Virus record (IMG/VR): IMGVR_UViG_3300029945_000001
Location: 144,375 to 208,374 of that record
Direction: 5' to 3' (one strand)
DNA length: 64,000 bases
Below, piece after piece: positions 9,666-19,960 of the stretch. Position numbers and translations under genes: made by a program. Each line of letters begins with the position of its first letter. The stretch's first letter is position 1. Below the pieces are notes generated by a model. That model saw only the letters and a list, made by a program, of their open reading frames with translations. It did no database searches and was not told where the DNA came from.

Positions 9666-11987
9666 TTAAGCCTGGGGATCAGTCTCATCGATTTCAGCAT
9701 CGGCATTAACTAAGGCCTGACCGACACCATCGACACCTGAAGTCAGAACGCCATCGTTGCCAACCAGAGGATTGTTGTTCACCTGGATGGATTCAGACAA
9801 CATCAGCTTCAGAATGGCATCGAGACCCTTAACGCTGATGATCATGCCGATCGGGTTCGTCGGGTAGACGACCTCACGGCTGTTGGCGACAGCGCGCTGA
9901 GTCACGGCCATGGCGTTGTTGAACGTGAACTTGCCGGCGAAGATGCCACGGTCCAGATTCTTGCCAAAGCTGATGACGCTTTCCGGGTCAGCATCGCGAA
10001 CCGGGACGATGAGCATCAGACCTTCAAAGTTCTTGTACGACGTGGCGACGCAGTCGATGCGTGAGCCGTTCGGAAGATAGAAGCTGTAGTCTGCCGACGG
10101 AGCTTCTTCGACGCGAGTGTCGTTCAGTTCGTTGAAGTAGGTTTTGATGGCCAGCAGGGTTGCAATGATCGTCGGGGTGGTGACCAGACGATACACAGCC
10201 TTTTCGCCAGGGTTCAGCTGGTTCAGGTACAGCGAGGTCAGCTGCGAGTCGGCGATGATCGCATTCAGACGATTCATAACCAGCGAATGCATGTCCGAGT
10301 TACGCTCGGTTTCACGCATAACGACGGCATTGGAAACGTCCAGAACACCACGCCAGACATTCGGGTTACACAGAGTGCCGGCCAGGAAGTCCTGAGCCAC
10401 CGAATTGTACCAGTCGATGAGGGGATCGGTTTCCTCGTGCTTCAGGCGATTGTAGACGTTGTTCAGGCACTCGCCGATCATGCGAACGGCCTTGGCATCA
10501 TTGCCCAGCGACATGATATCATTGAGGATCTTGATGATGTCTTCGGCCGACTTGCCTTCAGTGTCCTTGATGCTGTATTCGGCGGTGTACATGCGAGACA
10601 CGGGAATATAGAAGGACTGCTCCTTCTGTGTCACGCGAGCCGAAATATTCGCCTTGCGCATATTTTCTTCGCTGTACTGGGCGAAGGGTTCGAAAGCGAA
10701 CAGCGAGAAGGACAGCTTGTTGTAAGCAGTATTCACGGCATCCGCAACGGTCGTGCCGGCGGCAGGGAAAAGCTGGGCGTTCAAGCTACCATAGCCTGTC
10801 GAGGCGCCGGTCTTGAGGTTAAGCTTCATGGTGAAGTTGAGATCGATTTCGGCACCGGCGTCACCAAGAACAGACAACAACGATGACGCAGTGCCCGCAG
10901 CGGTAACAGCAGTCGAAGGAATGACACGCTGGATACGAGGAGCTGCTTCACGATCGGCCGAGTCGTTCGTGTTGGTGCGCTGCACCAGACGCGAGGCTGC
11001 CTGATATTCGGTACGAACAGGGATATATTCCGTGGTCGTGCCGTCGGTGACGGCGATCCAGACTTCGCGAACATAGGCGCCTTCGCCGATGATGTCAGTC
11101 CAGTTCAGATTGTCGTAGCCGACGGTGTTGGAGCTGACGCCGAGCTTGAACATGTTGAACGGCACGCCGACCTTAACCAAGTTCTGGTGAACCAGGACAG
11201 GGTTGGTCGAATCGTCGTTTTCCATGAACAGTTCGACACGTTTGGCGGTGGTGTCGACGAACGAAGGATCGCGCATCAGCCGGATCAGAGGAGTGCGAAT
11301 GGCGTTCGAATAGCGAATATCGGCGTTCGGGTTCTGCGAAGCAGCCAGATCGTAAACATCGCCATTGGCGATCTTGGTGACGACGACGGTTTCTTCGGTA
11401 GCGATGCGCGGCAGGATACGATCGATCAGCGACTTGAAGACGCGCAGCATGGTCAGCGAGATCGACAGACGAACATCGGTGACGACGCTATCGATGCCTT
11501 CACCGAACGACTCGCCGGCAGCGATATCGTTAGTGACAGCATTGACACCACCATTGCCGAACAGCGAGCCCAGAGCGATGCATTCGGTTCCGGCAACGCC
11601 GCCCTTGGCATCAGCAAAGTTGGCATTGGTCGAATGCAGATGCCCCATGACACCAAGCGTAGCAGCTTCGATGGCCGCCGCAATGCGAGGATTGGTACGA
11701 TCCAGACGATTGTTCTGGGTCGAGCCGCTCATCGATTCGATGGTACCGATGACGAAGTTTTCAACGGCGGCCAGGTCGATGCGCTCTTCAGCGCCACGAA
11801 TGACGGTCATCGGCTTGTCGAAATATTCCAGGCCGGCAGCATTGGTGACCGAAGCAACCAATGAATTCGAACTCAGAAATGATTCTGTCGCCGCAGCCAG
11901 AGTGAACGCAGCACCCAGAGACAGACCGCTGTTCTGGGCAACACCACGCAGCTGCTGCTTCCATGAATTAAGTTTGCTCATTGTCAA
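9666..11987 (-). CDS. Major capsid protein precursor (phiKZ gp120-like)
   Basis: 773 aa, strongly GC-biased codons, candidate A/S/G-x-E head-protease sites (AATE-SF, AAGE-SF), divergent from DnaB with one intervening gene as in phiKZ gp118-120. Confidence 0.8.
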   Translation of the reverse strand: MTMSKLNSWKQQLRGVAQNSGLSLGAAFTLAAATESFLSSNSLVASVTNAAGLEYFDKPMTVIRGAEERIDLAAVENFVIGTIESMSGSTQNNRLDRTNPRIAAAIEAATLGVMGHLHSTNANFADAKGGVAGTECIALGSLFGNGGVNAVTNDIAAGESFGEGIDSVVTDVRLSISLTMLRVFKSLIDRILPRIATEETVVVTKIANGDVYDLAASQNPNADIRYSNAIRTPLIRLMRDPSFVDTTAKRVELFMENDDSTNPVLVHQNLVKVGVPFNMFKLGVSSNTVGYDNLNWTDIIGEGAYVREVWIAVTDGTTTEYIPVRTEYQAASRLVQRTNTNDSADREAAPRIQRVIPSTAVTAAGTASSLLSVLGDAGAEIDLNFTMKLNLKTGASTGYGSLNAQLFPAAGTTVADAVNTAYNKLSFSLFAFEPFAQYSEENMRKANISARVTQKEQSFYIPVSRMYTAEYSIKDTEGKSAEDIIKILNDIMSLGNDAKAVRMIGECLNNVYNRLKHEETDPLIDWYNSVAQDFLAGTLCNPNVWRGVLDVSNAVVMRETERNSDMHSLVMNRLNAIIADSQLTSLYLNQLNPGEKAVYRLVTTPTIIATLLAIKTYFNELNDTRVEEAPSADYSFYLPNGSRIDCVATSYKNFEGLMLIVPVRDADPESVISFGKNLDRGIFAGKFTFNNAMAVTQRAVANSREVVYPTNPIGMIISVKGLDAILKLMLSESIQVNNNPLVGNDGVLTSGVDGVGQALVNADAEIDETDPQA

Positions 11988-13678
11988 AGAACTCCTGAAA
12001 TACGCGTATTAAGACCAAGCTTGGTCAAGAGCGTTTTGGTTGCATCAATGGAAGATGTGAATAACCACAGCTTACACCATTCGTCAAGATAGGCTTTAGT
12101 TTCTGAAGAATACTGAGGATCATTCTTAATATCACCATTGAGTTTAGCAACAGCGAGTCTAACAAAATGATCATTTAGAGTCTCTTTGGAATCGATCAGC
12201 GGAATGAACAGCTGAGAATTCTCATCTTCGGAGATTTCATCAGAGACTTCAGATGATGCAGAACCATCGTCTTGATTGTCTATATTATCATCATCACCAT
12301 TATCTATAGTGTTTGTATCACCAAAGTTAGCGTCATCAGATGTTCCATCGCCAGATTCATCGGTTCCTTGTGAATTGGTGTCATCATCGCTGATAGTACT
12401 ATCAGGATTAGCATCACTATTACTATTATTATTGGTAGTATCTTCACCAGAAATATCAGAACTTGGGGAAGCATCAGACGAATCATCTTTGTTAGGAACT
12501 TTCGTTTCATCGTCTGATCCCTTTGTGTCTTTATTATCTACTGTATTTTCAGGATCATCTTCTTCTGATATGGGTTTATCTGCTTCGATATTATCATCTT
12601 GATTATTTTCAGTGGCATCTGTTTTATCTTCATTTTCCTCATCGTCTTCTTCATCATCTTTAACATCGCCTAGAGCTTCTAATCCATAAAAATATCCAGT
12701 ATCGTGTCCACTACCGGATACGAAACCATTTGGTGATTTTTTATAATAATAATCATCAACATAAATAAGAACTCTATCAATACTATCATAATTTTCAATT
12801 CCTTCTAAAGCATCACGTATTCTTTCCCAATAACGAGTGGCGTCTTTAACATCATAAATGTAATAACCAGTATTGTCGGCACCAACATTTTCAAAATTGC
12901 TAACATGTATGGCAAATGCTTTATTCTTAGTATATTTCAAACAAAGATTTGCACAGACAAAATTCTTATATGAAATAATACCATTATTAATAGCATTAAT
13001 AGGAAGAGCAGTCAATGCAATAACTTTAGCAATTTCTAAAAAGCTAGGTTTCATCGTAAGAAACTTAAGACTATTTATCATCTTCCAGTAATTATCCGAA
13101 TTCTTATTAAATTTGCTATTACAAATCAATTCATCTGTATCAATGACAACATGATGGATAGGATCTAATTGTAATGGGAATAGATCGCTTTTCAAATTGA
13201 CTCTAGGGACATAAAAAATAGTTTTTGTATTGGTAGTTTCAAAATTAATAGCTGAGAAGATAGCTAGAATACCATTTAATTTAGATAATCCGTGTTTCAG
13301 ATATAATCCTTTTAATAAAGGAATATCACTATCAATAATATTGTTTGTATGAATATACTTATTTACATATTGACCAATCTGGCTATCTTTAACTGATTGA
13401 GACATAGTAATGATATTATCTTTAACCAATGATAATAAAGCAAGAACATGAGAATGAGTATTAGATTCAACAAATATATTAAAATATTTATACATAATAA
13501 TTTGTTCTAAAAGAAGCTTATCATTATCAAGATCGACATTTCTAATGTCTATATTTATTTTAAGATCTAAATTAATAGCAGTATCATCAAAAATAACTTT
13601 ATCAAGTACTGAAATATTTCTGAAAATATCATTTAAAACAATAAGTGGCTGTCTGTCCATGGGAGCATTGTCCTTCAC
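11984..13678 (-). CDS. Virion head-associated protein (phiKZ gp119-like position) with long acidic low-complexity region
   Basis: Synteny between MCP and DnaB; D/E/S/N-rich segment of about 150 aa; stop overlaps MCP start. Confidence 0.55.
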   Translation of the reverse strand: MKDNAPMDRQPLIVLNDIFRNISVLDKVIFDDTAINLDLKINIDIRNVDLDNDKLLLEQIIMYKYFNIFVESNTHSHVLALLSLVKDNIITMSQSVKDSQIGQYVNKYIHTNNIIDSDIPLLKGLYLKHGLSKLNGILAIFSAINFETTNTKTIFYVPRVNLKSDLFPLQLDPIHHVVIDTDELICNSKFNKNSDNYWKMINSLKFLTMKPSFLEIAKVIALTALPINAINNGIISYKNFVCANLCLKYTKNKAFAIHVSNFENVGADNTGYYIYDVKDATRYWERIRDALEGIENYDSIDRVLIYVDDYYYKKSPNGFVSGSGHDTGYFYGLEALGDVKDDEEDDEENEDKTDATENNQDDNIEADKPISEEDDPENTVDNKDTKGSDDETKVPNKDDSSDASPSSDISGEDTTNNNSNSDANPDSTISDDDTNSQGTDESGDGTSDDANFGDTNTIDNGDDDNIDNQDDGSASSEVSDEISEDENSQLFIPLIDSKETLNDHFVRLAVAKLNGDIKNDPQYSSETKAYLDEWCKLWLFTSSIDATKTLLTKLGLNTRISGVL

Positions 13679-13763
13679 TGGAGATTTAATAGATAAAAAA
13701 ATCTATTAAAGACTTATAATATGTTAATTTGACGCTATAAATATTAGGAAACAGAAAGGGGAT

Positions 13764-15338
13764 TTGTTGATGCTTTTTTCTCCTGACTTTTTTATTGATT
13801 GTATGATTCTACTTATTTATGAAAATTCAGATAAGACTAAAGCAACTGTTAAGGATCTTATTAAAATATATGACGATGATAGTAAAACAAATACGCCATC
13901 AGAAAATGACAATAGTCGTTTTTATGTTAAACTTATTAAAGAGATCCTGAGGAACAATATAACTAAAAATGACGAAGCTGGTCTAAAATCATTATTGTTG
14001 AAAATCAATACAGATAAGAGTGCTTTTAATAAATCAGAAACTTTAAAATTACTTGAAAGTATTTTCTTAAGTAAAGTGGAAATCAGTTTTCAACAATTAG
14101 AAGAGACTGCTAAGAAAGTACAAATGGCACTCATGTGGCATTTGATCAGTAAACATCAAAGACGCGGTTATATTGCTCTTAGTAAATTTGCAGATAGTTT
14201 AAATAGTGAAGACCAAGAACAAGAATTAAGTGAAATTAATAAACAAGCAAATGCTATTCAACAAATATTTGAAGAAGCTATGTCTTCTATGATGAAAAAT
14301 ACATTGGCTAAAAAACCAGTAGAAAGTATAGATTTCTCTGAGAAAGATTCTCTCAAGAAAGGTATTACAAAATATAAAGATAGAGCTATTAATGGTATAT
14401 TCAAAACAGGCCTTCAAGGTTTGAATATCATGACTGGTCCTGGTCGTGGTGGAATCATGGAAGGTGAGTCTGTTGTTTTTTATGCTCTTCCGCATAACTA
14501 TAAATCTGGTCTATGTATGAGTGTTGCTACTCATGCTATCTTGTACAATAAACCAAATCTCAAAGATATTTCTAAAAAACCATTAGCATTGTTCATATCA
14601 TTAGAAAATGAAGCCTTCCAGAACATGATGTGGGTCTTCAAGCATTATTATGAAAATATTAATAATAAAGATTCTAGCGATATGGATGATGATGCTATTA
14701 TTGATTGGATGTACAAATTCTTTAATAAGATGGGATGGTCGTTTATTATTCTTCGTTATCTTCCTTCAGAATTTGGATTTAAAGATTTTGTTAATGTTGT
14801 TGAATATTATGAGAACTCTGGATATGAAATAAAATTAGCTGTTATCGACTATATGAATCTTATGTATAAAGGAAATGGATCTGAACGATCTTCATCAGTC
14901 GGAACCCATCTTCTTGTTAAGGAACTTTTTAGTAATGCTTGTAATTACACAAAATCAAAAGGTATTAGTCTTATTACGGCACATCCTCTAAATCGTAAAG
15001 CAACCGAACTTGTAAATACTGGTATTAAGAATATTGTTAAACGATTTGATACAGAGCATATTGCAGAAAGTATGGATGTCGCTAGAGAAGTTGATCTTGA
15101 AATATTTATTCATATTGAAAAGAACCAAGATGGTATTTATTATCTCACGTTTAAACGTGGTAAACATAGATATCAAGATAAAACAAAAGATGCACATAAA
15201 TTCTTTGCGTATAGATTTTCTGATTATGGTATTAAAGACGACATTGATGGTAAACCTACATTTACAAGAGATATTTATGCTATTCCTACAAATGATGATG
15301 ATAGACAAAAACAACATGTTGTTATGGACATTTTCTAA
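13764..15338 (+). CDS. dnaB: DnaB-like replicative helicase (phiKZ gp118-like)
   Basis: GLQGLNIMTG, divergent Walker A ALPHNYKSG, FISLEN, Walker B VIDYMNL, TAHPLNR, KRGKHR; real start probably ATG 13770. Confidence 0.85.
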   Translation: MLMLFSPDFFIDCMILLIYENSDKTKATVKDLIKIYDDDSKTNTPSENDNSRFYVKLIKEILRNNITKNDEAGLKSLLLKINTDKSAFNKSETLKLLESIFLSKVEISFQQLEETAKKVQMALMWHLISKHQRRGYIALSKFADSLNSEDQEQELSEINKQANAIQQIFEEAMSSMMKNTLAKKPVESIDFSEKDSLKKGITKYKDRAINGIFKTGLQGLNIMTGPGRGGIMEGESVVFYALPHNYKSGLCMSVATHAILYNKPNLKDISKKPLALFISLENEAFQNMMWVFKHYYENINNKDSSDMDDDAIIDWMYKFFNKMGWSFIILRYLPSEFGFKDFVNVVEYYENSGYEIKLAVIDYMNLMYKGNGSERSSSVGTHLLVKELFSNACNYTKSKGISLITAHPLNRKATELVNTGIKNIVKRFDTEHIAESMDVAREVDLEIFIHIEKNQDGIYYLTFKRGKHRYQDKTKDAHKFFAYRFSDYGIKDDIDGKPTFTRDIYAIPTNDDDRQKQHVVMDIF

Positions 15339-15346
15339 ATATTACA

Positions 15347-15376
15347 AGAGTGATGTGGGATATCCCACATCACTCT
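15347..15376 (+). terminator. Perfect 30-bp palindrome/terminator after helicase
   Basis: agagtgatgtgggat|atcccacatcactct followed by gttt. Confidence 0.65.
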
Positions 15377-15427
15377 GTTTAAATCCATCTTATGAATTCC
15401 TCTCTCCTGAAAAGGACTCGTATATAA

Positions 15428-17686
15428 ATGGTCGAATTTACGACAAAACCGCCAAAAATAACTTCAGATCCTACTGTCATATCTCCTAATGTAGTTCCTA
15501 ACACTATTGCTTTACATAAAGCTCTTGGTAACTTAAATAAAAATTGGATGGATGTTTTAGATAAGTTAAGTGCTAACTTTACAAATATATTTAGTGAATC
15601 GTTATTATCATCAACATTTACAAATTCATCTACTGATATCCAATATGGTTGGATCTATTCTGGTTGGGAGAGTTTAGATGGTTCATTAACGATAGATTAT
15701 GTTGAAGGTAGTATAAATAATTTTATTACAATACCTAATGTTTATGACAGTGCCGGGTATTATTTCTTATGTTTTGATATTAAAGAATTGACTGGATATT
15801 TAAATATAACTTTAAACGGCGAATCTTTAAGAACTATTACAACAACCGGTAGATGTGGTACAGTTTATCCTGTTAGTAGTTCACTTACTGATACATTAAC
15901 AATTCAACAAGTTGATCCTGATACAAATGGATCAACTACTATTCTAAATGGTTATCTTATCAAAGTTAGTCAAGAGCTTTATGATTATATTAATTCACAA
16001 ATAGCAAGTTATTTTAATTATTCTGATTTAAGTAATTATATTACAAAGAATGATATGGATCAGGCAGTTGGTACTATTCTAGCAACGACTATGCAAGCAC
16101 ACCTTGCTGCTAAAAATCCTCACAATATTACGCCAGAACTTATTAATGCTGCTCCTGTTAACCACACGCATAGTCAGTATGCTTTAAAAACAGATCTTTC
16201 TCTCATTGGAACATATAAACCAAATACGATCGTTTGTAATCTAAATGGTAATTATCCTAAAGAACTTTTTTCTGGATATATTGATGTTCCTGTTACCTTC
16301 ATAACACAATATTTAAACCATATTTCCAAAACTAATTTTTGTTTACAATCAGGAACAATATTGATTAATGATAAAGATATAGATTGTGTTTCTATGATAG
16401 ATGCAACAGTTCCTATCGATTCTAGATATGCAGTCATTCCTTCTTCAAAACTACCAACAGTTACATATACATTTACACAAACTCGACTATTAGAAACAAT
16501 TAATATTGTTAGTAATGCATCTTTAGATACTGGATGTCCTTTAAAACTTATTGTTAGTACAAATGGATATGTAAAAGAATTTACATCCGTCTTTAATGAG
16601 AATATTTCTGGGTATCAATTATATTCTATTCCTATGAATTCTATTTCAGCAGATTCTATTACAGTTTCAATTGAACAGACTGATACAACTCTTGAAAATT
16701 ATACATTCGGATTTGATATTATTTTTGCAGATACTAATTTAAATGATATTGCTATAAATACCAATATCGGTGTTGCTATGAGAACACCAGATAATTCAGC
16801 TACTTCTTTGATGTCTGTCATATCTCCTTTTTATTTTGATATAAATACCCTGGTACAAAATCATACATATATGGTTGCATATACATCTACAGATCAAGAA
16901 ACTATTTCTTTAGAATTATATCCACTTCCTTATCTCTACACAAATAAAAAGAATTCCAATGGAATAAATGTATTTTCTGAATGCACAATAACGGATGCGT
17001 ATTATAATATCCCTACTCTTACAAATATAGATATTACTGAAAATAATTACGATATTTATAAATACAATATGTCAACATCAACTTCTAATATTCTGTCAAT
17101 CAATCAAGTTTTAATAAATCCATTAGTTATAAATGAAATAACAGTTCATTTTAATAAAGAAACAACAAATACTATTCCTAACACATTTAGTATTATAGTT
17201 AATTATGAAGATAATACAATAGATACATTTACTGTATCTACTTCAAATGTAAGTATTATTGATGGTCCTATTGGATATGCTACGATACAATCAAAACCAG
17301 TATCTTCTTTTATTATTTCATTGCAGACAGATGAGAATACTATTTGCGATTTAAATTATATTAATGTAAAAGTAAATACATTAACATATAACAATAATAA
17401 ATGGTCTGATGGTAATATGAGAGGTCTCATTGGATACTTAACTGTTTTAGAAAATGGTTTTCAGTTAGATCCTATTTTTTATAACGACGTTTGTTCTTTA
17501 CCTATTGCTAATTTAAGTGATTTAGAATTTTATACATATACAACTATTAGTAATCCATATCCTAATTTTATTATAAACGAATCTTCTTCGGATGATATTA
17601 TTTATTATGAAAAATACAATCATACTACTAAACTAATATACACTTCTGCTGGTCCTAAAACAATGACTATTTTAGCAGATAGTTAA
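15428..17686 (+). CDS. Virion structural/tail-fibre-like protein
   Basis: HLAAKNPHNITPELINAAPVNHTH motif typical of tail-fibre repeats; Thr/Ser/Asn-rich beta-type composition. Confidence 0.6.
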   Translation: MVEFTTKPPKITSDPTVISPNVVPNTIALHKALGNLNKNWMDVLDKLSANFTNIFSESLLSSTFTNSSTDIQYGWIYSGWESLDGSLTIDYVEGSINNFITIPNVYDSAGYYFLCFDIKELTGYLNITLNGESLRTITTTGRCGTVYPVSSSLTDTLTIQQVDPDTNGSTTILNGYLIKVSQELYDYINSQIASYFNYSDLSNYITKNDMDQAVGTILATTMQAHLAAKNPHNITPELINAAPVNHTHSQYALKTDLSLIGTYKPNTIVCNLNGNYPKELFSGYIDVPVTFITQYLNHISKTNFCLQSGTILINDKDIDCVSMIDATVPIDSRYAVIPSSKLPTVTYTFTQTRLLETINIVSNASLDTGCPLKLIVSTNGYVKEFTSVFNENISGYQLYSIPMNSISADSITVSIEQTDTTLENYTFGFDIIFADTNLNDIAINTNIGVAMRTPDNSATSLMSVISPFYFDINTLVQNHTYMVAYTSTDQETISLELYPLPYLYTNKKNSNGINVFSECTITDAYYNIPTLTNIDITENNYDIYKYNMSTSTSNILSINQVLINPLVINEITVHFNKETTNTIPNTFSIIVNYEDNTIDTFTVSTSNVSIIDGPIGYATIQSKPVSSFIISLQTDENTICDLNYINVKVNTLTYNNNKWSDGNMRGLIGYLTVLENGFQLDPIFYNDVCSLPIANLSDLEFYTYTTISNPYPNFIINESSSDDIIYYEKYNHTTKLIYTSAGPKTMTILADS

Positions 17687-17792
17687 ATTTGAAATAAAAA
17701 ATACATATATATTAATATGTAGAGAAGACTGGTTAAGAACGCGTCTTGATCAGTCTATTCTCTAAAATCCGTTAAAATTGGGAATTAAATAA

Positions 17793-19088
17793 ATGCACTT
17801 TGATATTTCCACGCTGACTGCTGACGCTTTGACTTCTGCTACCATGATTGGTACTCTTGTTTCGGAGTCCGCAGCCCCCCTCATCGACTGGGACAGCATG
17901 CGCAAGGAGATCGAATCCTGGCCGCTGGTCTCGGAGGTGCCGCAGGACAAGGACGTTCCGCAGCTGAACATGACTTCGATCACCGGCAAGACCTGCCGTG
18001 AGCTGGTCAAGGGCGGCATCAAGACCGAGAATTTCATCGCCATCATCAAGTCGATGCTGAATGTCCGCGCCCATGTCATGTCCTCGAACGCCGGCAAGGC
18101 CCAGACTCTTTATCCGACCGTGAACGAATATGGCGCCCGTGAAGTCGGCAATGTCATCGTCGTCGCCAACAAGCATGCCGGCAAGCCCCGGTCGATCAAC
18201 ATCAATCGCCAGGCTTATGACCATCCGAAGAATGCCAATGACGAGACCCGTGGTCGTCAGCGGCACGTCAGCTGCGTCGTCGAAGTCGGTGGCTATATCG
18301 GTTTCGCTTTCTACAACAAGTTCTCTCCGAACACCCTGATCCAGACTTTCTTCCAGGTCACGCATGTCATTCCGCTCGGCGGCGACAGCAAGCTGTTCGA
18401 AATCGGCATGACCCTGGTTCATGCGGCGTTCGCTTCGGCCGCCGACGGCAAGGTCCTGGCCACTCCTCTGGAAGATGATACTCCGCTGGCCAATCTGATC
18501 GATGCGATGCAGCGTCGTTTGGCCGTCGGTGCTCTTCAACTGGATTGGCCGCTGTACAGTCAGATCTTCGTTCCGCATTTCGGCCTGAAGAATGACACCG
18601 CCGCCGGCATCGCCAAGATCGATCATTGGAAGGATCTGCACTCCGACACCGTGACTGCCAATCTCGACAAGCCGGTCAGTGCCGACATCACCGACATTGA
18701 AATCGATCTGATGCACAATCTGGTCGAAGCGCGTGCCACCTCCACGCCGAAGACCGACGGCGATGGCAATGCCGTCTATGATGAAACTGCTCTGGTCATC
18801 AGCCATCACATGGACGACACCGGCAATACCATCCGTGCGATGATGACCCTGATCAACAACAACGAAACCATCTGGACCGGCGTCACCGACATCACGGCCA
18901 ACAACTTCGATCGTCCGGTCGGTGATGACATCACCTATCCGAGCGGCAAGTTGAAGGCGGCGGTTCTCGATCCGGCCCTGATTCTCGGCGCCACCACGTT
19001 CCAGCGTCTGAAGACCGACGTCATCAATCGTCAGGTCGAAGGAAAGCATCCTGTGGAGAACCCGACCATCCTGGGCATTCTGCGTTAA
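17793..19088 (+). CDS. Hypothetical, probably highly expressed 431-aa protein
   Basis: GC-rich codon use like MCP and chimallin, AT-rich flanks, strong terminator downstream; no recognised motif. Confidence 0.75.
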   Translation: MHFDISTLTADALTSATMIGTLVSESAAPLIDWDSMRKEIESWPLVSEVPQDKDVPQLNMTSITGKTCRELVKGGIKTENFIAIIKSMLNVRAHVMSSNAGKAQTLYPTVNEYGAREVGNVIVVANKHAGKPRSININRQAYDHPKNANDETRGRQRHVSCVVEVGGYIGFAFYNKFSPNTLIQTFFQVTHVIPLGGDSKLFEIGMTLVHAAFASAADGKVLATPLEDDTPLANLIDAMQRRLAVGALQLDWPLYSQIFVPHFGLKNDTAAGIAKIDHWKDLHSDTVTANLDKPVSADITDIEIDLMHNLVEARATSTPKTDGDGNAVYDETALVISHHMDDTGNTIRAMMTLINNNETIWTGVTDITANNFDRPVGDDITYPSGKLKAAVLDPALILGATTFQRLKTDVINRQVEGKHPVENPTILGILR

Positions 19089-19107
19089 GCAGAAAACCAA
19101 CTAAAGT

Positions 19108-19139
19108 AGATACGGAGGAGCGCAAGCTCCTCCGTATCT
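19108..19139 (+). terminator. Intrinsic terminator
   Basis: agatacggaggagc-gcaa-gctcctccgtatct followed by ctttatttttt. Confidence 0.85.
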
Positions 19140-19154
19140 CTTTATTTTTTTATT

Positions 19155-19958
19155 TTAATCATAAACCAATTTACTCAAAGTCAATTTAAAATTATGTTCT
19201 ACCATTTGAAATGATTGAATAACTGTAGCATATGCATCTATTTGAATAGCAAATATTCTTAATATATTACTCAAGTCACGAATATCATCAGTTGTTAAGT
19301 TAAATGTTTTCTTGTTGTTTTCTAATTGTGAAATTATTTTATCTGTTTCTTTCTCTAAATCAAATATATGTTTTCCATGAGAAATAGAGTCTTTGAAAGT
19401 ATCATCTAGTTTCAGTAAATGATCTGTAATATAATTTAAATCTTCTACGGAAGAAACAACATTTTTCAAAATGGTATTAGAAATACTATTTTTTACAAAT
19501 ATAGTTTGTAGTTGTTTTTCAAGATATGAAATATCTACTTTATTGATCTTTTCTAGAATATGTCTAATTTTATGAAATTCTTTATTTATTATAAATTTAT
19601 GCATAACCTCTATAGTGTCATTGATATCTATTTTATCAAGAAGTTTAAATAATGTATCTGTAGCATATCTATACGTACATATCATTCCGGTTGGTATATA
19701 GATCATAGAAAACATATTTATTTCTTTATTTTTTAGATAAGAATTTACAGCAGTATGATTAGAATCAACAAATACTTTTAATTCTGATCTTTTAAAATCA
19801 CTAAATAAGCCTAATATACTTGTACTAAGATTCTTAAAATATTTAATAAAGAAATCAAATATTTTATTTTGGAATGAAATATTTTCTAATCCATAATAGT
19901 CAATATCTGTCAGATACTGATTTAAAGGAACATACGAAATGTCTGTTCTGTAAATCAT
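19155..19958 (-). CDS. Hypothetical, possible virion protein
   Basis: 267-aa helical ORF at the end of a minus-strand structural operon. Confidence 0.5.
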   Translation of the reverse strand: MIYRTDISYVPLNQYLTDIDYYGLENISFQNKIFDFFIKYFKNLSTSILGLFSDFKRSELKVFVDSNHTAVNSYLKNKEINMFSMIYIPTGMICTYRYATDTLFKLLDKIDINDTIEVMHKFIINKEFHKIRHILEKINKVDISYLEKQLQTIFVKNSISNTILKNVVSSVEDLNYITDHLLKLDDTFKDSISHGKHIFDLEKETDKIISQLENNKKTFNLTTDDIRDLSNILRIFAIQIDAYATVIQSFQMVEHNFKLTLSKLVYD

Positions 19959-19960
19959 GT

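Noticed and set aside
10144-12012. Several long overlapping ORFs antisense to the major capsid gene
   Set aside because: Same shadow effect; translations are compositionally unnatural and lack motifs.
17772-19100. 442-aa antisense ORF fully overlapping the 431-aa gene
   Set aside because: Codon-register shadow of a GC3-rich gene, which suppresses stops on the opposite strand; no RBS, and the sense gene has the promoter-like motif and terminator.
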